DNA from: a virus
Lineage: Duplodnaviria > Caudoviricetes
Virus record (IMG/VR): IMGVR_UViG_3300026511_000026
Coordinates: 1 to 24,591 of that record
Reading direction: 5' to 3' (one strand)
DNA length: 24,591 nucleotides
In this document: positions 17,391 to 24,591 of the stretch, one piece after another
How the letters are laid out: every line of letters begins with the position of its first letter
Numbering within the stretch: the first letter of the stretch is position 1
The notes under the pieces: model-generated
Database searches by the model: none
The model's input: the letters and a program-made list of their open reading frames with translations, nothing else
Told to the model about the DNA's origin: nothing
Made by a program: the position numbers and the translations under genes

Positions 17391-18428
17391 ATGGCAAATA
17401 AATCAGTATATCAAGATTTTGATGCTGATGCTTTAAAATACTTTGGATTAGAAAGTGACACCATTTACGGTGTCCTTTCTACTTCAGTAGAAGTAAATAA
17501 AGTATTATGTACTCAAAATGCTGAAGCTTATGAAAAAATACAAAGCATATTAACAGCACCAACTGAAGATGTGACTACGTTTATAAATAAAAAGAAAGCT
17601 TTTATTTTACCTAAGTGTAATATATCTCAAGATAGATTAAAAGCAGCTCTTAAGGAAAATAACATAACTGTAACAAATAATTATGAAAAGGCAGATCTAA
17701 TTATAGGACATGAAGGTATATTTAAAGGAACATTAGAAAACGGAGATAATATACCCTCTACTTTAATGATGAATAGATTATGGAACTATGAAACAGTTAA
17801 ATGTACAAGTACAGATACAGACTTTAAAAAAATAGCAATTTATAATTCGGGTTTATCAGTTCTAATAACTAAATATCTTACTGAAGGTTTTTCATATTAT
17901 GGTTTAAATATTGATGATTCTTTATATAATACATATATGTTGACTGGCATGGCCGTTAATCTGGCTTATATTATTGATTCAAAAAGTATAAGTGTTATAG
18001 ATCCTGAAACAGTATTGCAAGGATCTGCAAATAAAATAACTCTTGATGATCAGTTAGTAGAAGATCTTATTGAACAAGTAAATTCTAATAAAGATGATAA
18101 GGCATTAGCTATTAAAGTTATACCTACCATAGATTATAATAATAAACATCATTTAATATGGAAACTTTCTAGGGAATGTGGTGATATATTATATGGAAAA
18201 AGATTAGATAAAGATCTTAAATATTGGATTAATGAATCTAGGTTTAGATTATTTATGAGAAAAAGTGCTGAAGAAATGATATTGTGGTTAGAAAGGAATG
18301 ATAAACTATGCAAAGAATCTTTTAAGTATTTAGAACCAATTGCAAGAGAAGAAATATTAATTTACAATAGACGCTTTTATACATTTAAAGTATGTATAAA
18401 AAAAGAATATCAAAATTATTTAAAATAA
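17391..18428 (+). CDS. Hypothetical protein with BRCT-like segment (paralogue of 18433-19602)
   Basis: KKAFILPKCNISQDRLKAALKENNITVTNNYEKADLII; downstream DDKALAIKVI motif. Confidence 0.65.
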   Translation: MANKSVYQDFDADALKYFGLESDTIYGVLSTSVEVNKVLCTQNAEAYEKIQSILTAPTEDVTTFINKKKAFILPKCNISQDRLKAALKENNITVTNNYEKADLIIGHEGIFKGTLENGDNIPSTLMMNRLWNYETVKCTSTDTDFKKIAIYNSGLSVLITKYLTEGFSYYGLNIDDSLYNTYMLTGMAVNLAYIIDSKSISVIDPETVLQGSANKITLDDQLVEDLIEQVNSNKDDKALAIKVIPTIDYNNKHHLIWKLSRECGDILYGKRLDKDLKYWINESRFRLFMRKSAEEMILWLERNDKLCKESFKYLEPIAREEILIYNRRFYTFKVCIKKEYQNYLK

Positions 18429-18432
18429 AATT

Positions 18433-19602
18433 ATGAAAAATATATATAACGTAAAAATAAATCTTGAAAATTTTTCTGATGGTGCGTTATCACTTTTTGC
18501 TGATGATATATCATATGAAGACTCAGAAAAAATATGGCTAATCTCTTCTAATAATTGGGAACTTAAAGAAGATGATTTTAAAAGTTTAGGTTTTAATAAA
18601 CTTTTTAATTGCAATTCAGTATCCCTTCAAGATAAAAAACTATATAGATATCCAAATTTAAGTTTACCTAGACAAAAAGTAGATTTAATAAAAGAAAAGT
18701 TTAATTGCACTATTATAAGAAATTCAAAGAAGGCTGACATTCATATTACTTCTTTAAATTTTTTATCTAAGCTTATAGGTCATGGAGAATGGAACACATG
18801 CATTCCTTTTTCCTCTGCATTTAAAGTATTTAAGTATTTTAAAGATGAGAATTTACTAAGTGATTGTGCTTTAAATAAAATAAAAAGTTTAATTGATGAT
18901 GTACCTCATGACTGTATGATAAATTTTATATTAACTCCTTCATATAGATACTCAGGCTATAATCAAACCATAAGAACAGCTAGTATGGTAATACGAGATA
19001 AAATTTATAATGAGGTAAGCATTAAAAAAGATGAATGTCTACGTAGGTCTTTTACTTTAAATAAAGAAAATCAAAAAGACTACATTGCTTTACTTAATTC
19101 GTCTGCTCAGGTTATATTAGACTCTAATATATGTAATATTATTGATGAAGGATTAGCTATTTTGGAAACAAAAGATTATGATAATATAGAGCTTATGTCA
19201 AAAAGTCAAAATATTGATGACAGAGGTTTAGCTTTAGAAATGCTAGCTAACTGTAATATTGATAAATCATATGATGTTGTATCAGGAATTTATTACTGGA
19301 ACTATGAATGGTTAAAAAATACAAGGAACTGGAATACAGTAAATGTAAAAGCATTTAGAAACAGAATGAAAGAATATGATGGTAATCATAATGAAAGTTC
19401 TATACGTGCGTTTAATGATTATATTATGCTTCTTGATAAAAATAAAAAACTTACAGAATATGCAGTAAATAAAACTAAAGAAAAGTTATACAGTACATTA
19501 TTAAATAAATTAGTTGGTGAAAACGCAGATGTTTTCAAAATAAATTTAGATTCATTGTTTATTACAAAGGAATTAACTAATAAAATTATATCAAATGATT
19601 AA
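18433..19602 (+). CDS. Hypothetical protein with BRCT-like segment (paralogue of 17391-18428)
   Basis: KKLYRYPNLSLPRQKVDLIKEKFNCTIIRNSKKADIHI; downstream DDRGLALEML motif. Confidence 0.65.
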   Translation: MKNIYNVKINLENFSDGALSLFADDISYEDSEKIWLISSNNWELKEDDFKSLGFNKLFNCNSVSLQDKKLYRYPNLSLPRQKVDLIKEKFNCTIIRNSKKADIHITSLNFLSKLIGHGEWNTCIPFSSAFKVFKYFKDENLLSDCALNKIKSLIDDVPHDCMINFILTPSYRYSGYNQTIRTASMVIRDKIYNEVSIKKDECLRRSFTLNKENQKDYIALLNSSAQVILDSNICNIIDEGLAILETKDYDNIELMSKSQNIDDRGLALEMLANCNIDKSYDVVSGIYYWNYEWLKNTRNWNTVNVKAFRNRMKEYDGNHNESSIRAFNDYIMLLDKNKKLTEYAVNKTKEKLYSTLLNKLVGENADVFKINLDSLFITKELTNKIISND

Positions 19603-20584
19603 AAACTTAGATAAAGAAGAAAAGTTTTATGCAAATAAAAATTTTGCGTTTAGTTATTCTTCTCTTAATAAATTATTATTTTCACCGTGGTTATTCTATA
19701 AAGATTATATACTACAGGATCGTGATATTAAAACTGATAAGCACTTAATAGAGGGTAAACTTGTACACTGTTTGGTATTTGAACCTGAAAATTTAACAAA
19801 AAAGTTTAACGTAGTACCTGGTAAATCACCAACCGATAATGTCAGGAAAGTATTAAAGAATATTGCTATGTATACAACTGTAGCAAAGTTAGAAGATGTA
19901 AAAGACTCTATTATTCTTGATTCATTAAAAGACATGAATCTATATCAGTCTCTTAAAGCAGATGAAGCGAGAATAGCTAAAGTTAAAACTCCAGATAATG
20001 AACCTTATTGGAAGTTTTTACATAATTCTTCTGTTGATGTAATTAATCAAGATACTTTGTTAGATTGTACAGTTAAGGCTGAAGTAATAAGATCTAATAA
20101 AGAAGTTATGTCTTTATTTAAAAATGAAGAAACTGATTTTGATTTAGATCCAGTAACAACATATGCAGAAAAGTATATTAAATCTAACTTAGAAAAGTTT
20201 ACTTTTGGACTACATGGTTATATAGATTACTATACAGTTGATACTGAGTCAAAAACAGTAGTGATATGTGATCTTAAAACATCAGGTAAAACTGTAGATA
20301 AATTTAGTGAAAGTGTTGACTTTTATAATTATTGGCTCCAAGCATCTATATATTCTAAAATGGTATATGACTCACTTGGAGATGATAAAGATGAATATAC
20401 TATTATATTTAAATTTATAGTTATTGATAAGTATAACCAAGTATATGTATATGATGTATCACAGGAATCTATGAGTAATTGGGCTGAAGGCTTAAATAAT
20501 GTATTAAAAATTGCTGAATATCACTACACAGAGAGGAATTATTCATTACCTTATGAATTATTAGTTAAAAAAGTTAAATTATGA
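19595..20584 (+). CDS. PD-(D/E)xK exonuclease (RecE/DUF3799-like)
   Basis: FSYSSL, GKLVHCLVFEP, E...HGYID...ICDLKTS, YWLQASIY. Confidence 0.85.
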   Translation: MIKNLDKEEKFYANKNFAFSYSSLNKLLFSPWLFYKDYILQDRDIKTDKHLIEGKLVHCLVFEPENLTKKFNVVPGKSPTDNVRKVLKNIAMYTTVAKLEDVKDSIILDSLKDMNLYQSLKADEARIAKVKTPDNEPYWKFLHNSSVDVINQDTLLDCTVKAEVIRSNKEVMSLFKNEETDFDLDPVTTYAEKYIKSNLEKFTFGLHGYIDYYTVDTESKTVVICDLKTSGKTVDKFSESVDFYNYWLQASIYSKMVYDSLGDDKDEYTIIFKFIVIDKYNQVYVYDVSQESMSNWAEGLNNVLKIAEYHYTERNYSLPYELLVKKVKL

Positions 20585-20585
20585 T

Positions 20586-21161
20586 ATGAAGGTTTATACA
20601 AATTATTTTCAAAAAAGTAAAGTATTTCTTTATCCACTGTTAAATGTAAAAAATGGTATTATTAAAGTTCCTATACAAACATATATAGCATGGGATAGTG
20701 TATACACACCTGAAGACAATAAGTTTTTATGTGAGTATAAGACCAAAAAGACTAATGAATTTGAAAAGTTTGCTTATAATAATCTATTGAATAATTCTCA
20801 TTTTGAAAGCAGAATTGATATTAATGAAGATAAACAATTATTTATTTATGACTTCAGTGAACATAAGTCTGATGTAAAAAAGTTTTTAAAAGGTGAGTAT
20901 TCAAAGTTTACTTTAAACAATAAGATTAAAATACTTAATTTTTTCTCTTCCCAGAAAAAAGCAGGAAGTTTTATTAAAGGTTTCTTAGATCCTGAAGATG
21001 TACATGAAAATTATGCATTATTACTAGATGTAGATGTAGAATGTATAGAAGATATATATGAGGTTTGTACACCGCCTGATATATTAAAAGAAACATTATT
21101 AAATAATAATTGTGATATTGTAGAAATATTAAATAATAATTCTATACATTTGACAAAATAA
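20586..21161 (+). CDS. Hypothetical protein
   Basis: 191-aa ORF; KSKVFLYPLL and F..G.YSKF segments. Confidence 0.75.
   Translation: MKVYTNYFQKSKVFLYPLLNVKNGIIKVPIQTYIAWDSVYTPEDNKFLCEYKTKKTNEFEKFAYNNLLNNSHFESRIDINEDKQLFIYDFSEHKSDVKKFLKGEYSKFTLNNKIKILNFFSSQKKAGSFIKGFLDPEDVHENYALLLDVDVECIEDIYEVCTPPDILKETLLNNNCDIVEILNNNSIHLTK
21145..21152 (+). promoter_or_regulatory. Possible Bacteroidota -7 element (TACATTTG)
   Basis: 20 nt before ATG 21173, matching the spacing of the other two promoter candidates; no good -33. Confidence 0.4.
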
Positions 21162-21172
21162 AAATATATATT

Positions 21173-21592
21173 ATGAATAAACCAATTGGTCAAAATATGA
21201 TGTTAGTAAATTCTAGTTTTAGAAATGCTAAATCATTTACATTAATGCCAGTGAGCATTGACTCACCATACGTAGAAGCTATGTTTGATCCAGCATCAAG
21301 CATTTTAGCTGTAATTAGTAAAGTAATGAAACAGTCTTATCACATGGTTGCAAAATTAGATGATACCGGACAGCCTCAAAGGCTTAAGGTTCCTAATAAA
21401 CAAACAGGTAAAACGCATAAAGAGGAAAGAAGATTAGTTGATACTTTTTCTGAGTTTTACCTTAGTGATAAAGATGATATCAAATCATTCATACATACTT
21501 TTGCTGTAAATGCTGAAGAGTTTGATTATGAAAAGTTTTTTGTAGATGTAAAAGAAACAAAGGTTTCAAAAATAATAGTACCTGGTCAATAA
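21173..21592 (+). CDS. Hypothetical protein
   Basis: 139-aa ORF between a putative promoter and a terminator. Confidence 0.8.
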   Translation: MNKPIGQNMMLVNSSFRNAKSFTLMPVSIDSPYVEAMFDPASSILAVISKVMKQSYHMVAKLDDTGQPQRLKVPNKQTGKTHKEERRLVDTFSEFYLSDKDDIKSFIHTFAVNAEEFDYEKFFVDVKETKVSKIIVPGQ

Positions 21593-21638
21593 TTTTTGAG
21601 TTTTTTATTGATACAGCTAGTATTTTCATTTACAATAT

Positions 21639-21667
21639 AGCCCCATTGATTTAATGGGGCTTTTTTT
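21639..21667 (+). terminator. Rho-independent terminator
   Basis: AGCCCCATT-GATTT-AATGGGGCT followed by T run. Confidence 0.9.
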
Positions 21668-21693
21668 ATTCTAAAATAAGCAGATACAATGTT

Positions 21694-23685
21694 ATGAAGC
21701 ACTGGGTAATGGACTATGAAACTTTATCAAACTTTTTTTGTGGTGTATTTGAACATTATAAAACACTAGAAACAAAAGTTTTTGTTATTCATGATTTAAA
21801 TAATGAATTAGATAGTTTCATTAAATTTTTAAAAACTAATATTAACAATAAAGAGTGGCATATATCTTACAATGGACTAGCATTTGATGCTCAAGTCACT
21901 CACTATATAATAGATAATTATCAATATTGGTCCGGCCTTAGTGGTTGTGAAATCGCTAAGATTATATATATATATGCTCAACGTTGTATTCAAAAATCTA
22001 ATAATAGAGAGTTTAGTGATTATCCTCAATGGAAGATGGAAATTGGTCAAATAGACATATTCAAACTTCATCACTGGGATAATCCTGCTAAACGTTCTAG
22101 TCTAAAATGGATACAATATAGTATGGACTGGGAGAATATAATTGATATGCCTATAAGTCACACAACAGAGATTAAAACTCAGGATCAGATAGATACTATT
22201 TTAGAATATTGTGTGAATGATGTTAAATCAACTAAAGAAATATTTAATAGATCTAAATCACAAATTAAATTAAGAAAAGAATTAACAGACACTTACAATA
22301 TAAACTTATATAGCGCTTCAGAACCAAGAATAAGTAAAGAGTTATTTGCTTATTATTTAACTAAAAAGCTTAATATACCTAAAAGGAATCTTAAGCGGAT
22401 GAGGACAAGTAGAGACAGCATTAAGATAGCTGATATTATATTGCCATATATATCATTTACATCTTTAGAATTTAAAGTATTAAAAGACAGGTTTAAATCA
22501 TTAGAAATTGATGGATCACATCTTAAAGGTAACTTTAAGTATAGTATAAATTATAAAGGTGTTAAAACAGATTTTGGTTTAGGTGGTGTGCATGGTGCTG
22601 CAAGTAAAGGTGTTTATGAAAGCTCAGATGATATGGTTATACTGTCTTCTGACGTTACTAGTTTTTATCCTAATCTTGCTATTAGAAATAAGTTTTCACC
22701 AGGGCATTTTCCAGTTGATGACTTTTGTGATCAGTATGAATGGTTCTTTAATGAAAGAAAGAAGATACCTAAGAGCAATCCAATGAACTATGTATATAAG
22801 ATTATACTTAACTCTACTTTTGGTCTTAGCAATGATGAAAACAGCTTCTTTTATGATCCTGAATTGTGTTTAAAGATTACAATTAATGGTCAGCTTAGCC
22901 TTATGATGTTATATGAACAGATTATGGAAAGAATACCAGGTGCTGTACCTTTATTGCAAAATACAGATGGTGTTGAAACTATAATTCCTAGAGAGCATGT
23001 AGATTTATACATGCAAATTTGTAAAGAATGGGAAGAAACTACTAATCTAGAGTTAGAACATGATCAATATCAAAAGTTAATTCTTTCTGATGTAAATAAT
23101 TATATTGGTATAAATAACTTTAAGTCTGTTGATATTACCAAATGGAGAGAAATTAAACAGAGTCAGCCTCATTACCTATTTAAGGTTGAGAATGATAAGT
23201 TTAGTTATGCACCAGTAAAGCTAAAAGGTAGGTTTAACTTTCATGACCTGCAACTTCACAAAAGTAAATCTAAACTTGTAGTAAAAAAAGCTATATATAA
23301 CTACTTTGTTAATGACATATTACCTGAGGATTATCTAGCTAGTAATAAGAATATTTTAGATTACTGTATTGGATCTAAATCTAAAGGTAATTGGCATCAA
23401 ATATCAAGAAGTGTTGAAAATAAATCTTTTATAGAAAAAAAACTTCAAAAAATAAATAGATATTTTATATCTAAATCTGGAGTTAAGATTGTAAAAGTTA
23501 ACAAAAATGATGGTAGAGAGATACAACTAGAATCAGGTAAGTGGTTACAAACTGTCTTTAATAAGATGGAAGTTAAACTTAAGTGGTCAGACTATAATAT
23601 AGATAATTTATATTATCTTCAAGCTATTGAATCTGAGATAAATAGTATTCTCTCTATTAAGAGTAATCAATTAAAATTATTTTAA
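21694..23685 (+). CDS. Family B DNA polymerase with 3'-5' exonuclease
   Basis: Exo I DYET, Exo II YNGLAFD, Exo III YCVND; polymerase motifs SDVTSFYPN, KIILNSTFG, NTDG; C-terminal QLKLF. Confidence 0.92.
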   Translation: MKHWVMDYETLSNFFCGVFEHYKTLETKVFVIHDLNNELDSFIKFLKTNINNKEWHISYNGLAFDAQVTHYIIDNYQYWSGLSGCEIAKIIYIYAQRCIQKSNNREFSDYPQWKMEIGQIDIFKLHHWDNPAKRSSLKWIQYSMDWENIIDMPISHTTEIKTQDQIDTILEYCVNDVKSTKEIFNRSKSQIKLRKELTDTYNINLYSASEPRISKELFAYYLTKKLNIPKRNLKRMRTSRDSIKIADIILPYISFTSLEFKVLKDRFKSLEIDGSHLKGNFKYSINYKGVKTDFGLGGVHGAASKGVYESSDDMVILSSDVTSFYPNLAIRNKFSPGHFPVDDFCDQYEWFFNERKKIPKSNPMNYVYKIILNSTFGLSNDENSFFYDPELCLKITINGQLSLMMLYEQIMERIPGAVPLLQNTDGVETIIPREHVDLYMQICKEWEETTNLELEHDQYQKLILSDVNNYIGINNFKSVDITKWREIKQSQPHYLFKVENDKFSYAPVKLKGRFNFHDLQLHKSKSKLVVKKAIYNYFVNDILPEDYLASNKNILDYCIGSKSKGNWHQISRSVENKSFIEKKLQKINRYFISKSGVKIVKVNKNDGREIQLESGKWLQTVFNKMEVKLKWSDYNIDNLYYLQAIESEINSILSIKSNQLKLF

Positions 23686-24347
23686 TGACTAAAGAAAATA
23701 AAACAAAAAGGCCACCTAAAGGGTCTATAAAATTTAATATTACTCTATCTGATGAGCAAAAGATTGCAAAAGAAAACATTCTTAAGCATCCTTTTAATTT
23801 TATTCATGGAAACGCAGGTAGTGGTAAGACATTACTTGCTGTTCAAATTGCATTAGATCAGTTCTTTAAGAGGCAGTATAATAAAATTATTATTACTAGG
23901 CCCACTGTGGCTACAGAAGATAATGGATTTTTACCTGGCTCTGAAAAAGAAAAAATGGAACCATGGTTAGTCCCTATAAAGTCTAACATGCGTAAAGTAT
24001 ATAATAAACCTGAGTTTTTAGAAAAACTTGAAACTGATGAGCAGATAGAGTTAGTTTCTTTATCTCATTTTAGAGGTAGAACATTTGATAATTCTGTTGT
24101 TATTGTTGATGAATTTCAAAATTTAACAAGATCACAATTTTCAATGGCTTTAAGTAGATTAGGTAAAGATTCTATGATGATATTTTGTGGTGATAACCAA
24201 CAAATAGATTTAAAAGATAAAAACTACTCTGCTATACATGAAGTATCTAAGATAGTAAGCTCAAAGCATGTTTATAAGATTGTATTAGAAGATAATCATA
24301 GACATGAATCATTAACTGAAATATTAGAACTATTAATTAACAATTAA
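23685..24347 (+). CDS. phoH: PhoH-like ATPase
   Basis: GNAGSGKT, ITRP, GFLPG..KEKM.PW, RGRTF, DEFQN, GD..Q.DL. Confidence 0.95.
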   Translation: MTKENKTKRPPKGSIKFNITLSDEQKIAKENILKHPFNFIHGNAGSGKTLLAVQIALDQFFKRQYNKIIITRPTVATEDNGFLPGSEKEKMEPWLVPIKSNMRKVYNKPEFLEKLETDEQIELVSLSHFRGRTFDNSVVIVDEFQNLTRSQFSMALSRLGKDSMMIFCGDNQQIDLKDKNYSAIHEVSKIVSSKHVYKIVLEDNHRHESLTEILELLINN

Positions 24348-24356
24348 AATTAAATT

Positions 24357-24591
24357 ATGGATTTTTATTTTAAAGTACAAACAGATATAGAAAAGTGGGC
24401 TGAAGAAAAAGGCATTCTTGATAAAGCTACACCAATGGCTCAGGCATTGAAAACATTAGAAGAAACAACAGAACTATGTACAGCTATTAATAATAATGAT
24501 CGAGCAGAGATTATAGATGCTATTGGTGATATTATGGTTACTTTGATTATCCAAGCTAAAATGCAAAATCTTAGCCTAGAAGCATGTCTTG
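24357..24591 (+). CDS. MazG-like NTP pyrophosphohydrolase (truncated by window end; not in ORF track)
   Basis: Manual translation MDFYFKVQTDIEKWAEEKGILDKATPMAQALKTLEETTELCTAINNNDRAEIIDAIGDIMVTLII, with the EExxEL...DAIGD metal-binding motif. Confidence 0.85.
   Translation, partial: MDFYFKVQTDIEKWAEEKGILDKATPMAQALKTLEETTELCTAINNNDRAEIIDAIGDIMVTLIIQAKMQNLSLEACL

Noticed and set aside
19595-20584. Cas4 call
   Set aside because: No four-cysteine Fe-S cluster motif; better described as a RecE-like PD-(D/E)xK nuclease
20630-20638. DnaA-box-like TTATCCACT
   Set aside because: Single one-mismatch copy inside a coding sequence; expected by chance
2589-22074. Short minus-strand ORFs (2589, 9331, 10103, 10818, 13329, 13604, 16721, 18420, 19705, 21011, 21877)
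   Set aside because: Antisense shadows of well-supported + strand genes with no recognisable motifs
22583-22786. 67-aa alternate-frame ORF inside PolB
   Set aside because: Fully nested over conserved polymerase motif A; no independent support
1-24591. Stop-codon reassignment as in some crAss-like phages
   Set aside because: Long conserved genes are intact under code 11 with dense packing; TAG and TGA terminate genes at expected positions (e.g. 8351, 6814, 9350)

Overview
AT-rich, gene-dense fragment of a tailed dsDNA phage genome. Nearly all genes are on the + strand. It is most consistent with a crAss-like (Crassvirales-related) or other Bacteroidota/Flavobacteria-infecting phage: Bacteroidota-type TAnnTTTG promoters, A-rich translation starts without Shine-Dalgarno sequences, and a crAss-type primase, Sak4-like ATPase and PolB. 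Layout: (i) 1-1780 is a largely non-coding, highly structured leader region with a GC-richer orphan ORF, long hairpins, a GTTAC/GTTAT repeat cluster and a tRNA-like fold at 1066-1203. (ii) 1233-4939 holds small early-type genes (secreted, membrane, HTH, acidic-tailed and HNH proteins). (iii) 5021-13754 is a replication/recombination module (SF2 helicase, NinB-like, UDG, DnaA-C-like HTH, putative initiator, DnaB, Sak4-like, SSB-like, primase, RusA-like). (iv) 13678-19602 is a MoxR AAA+ / metallopeptidase-vWA module with three flanking proteins that share a motif, two of them also BRCT-like. (v) 19595-24591 encodes a PD-(D/E)xK nuclease, a family B DNA polymerase ending in a beta-clamp-type motif, PhoH and a MazG-like gene cut by the window end. 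No structural genes, CRISPR array, rRNA or canonical tRNA were seen. All calls come from reading motifs by eye; no database searches were run.
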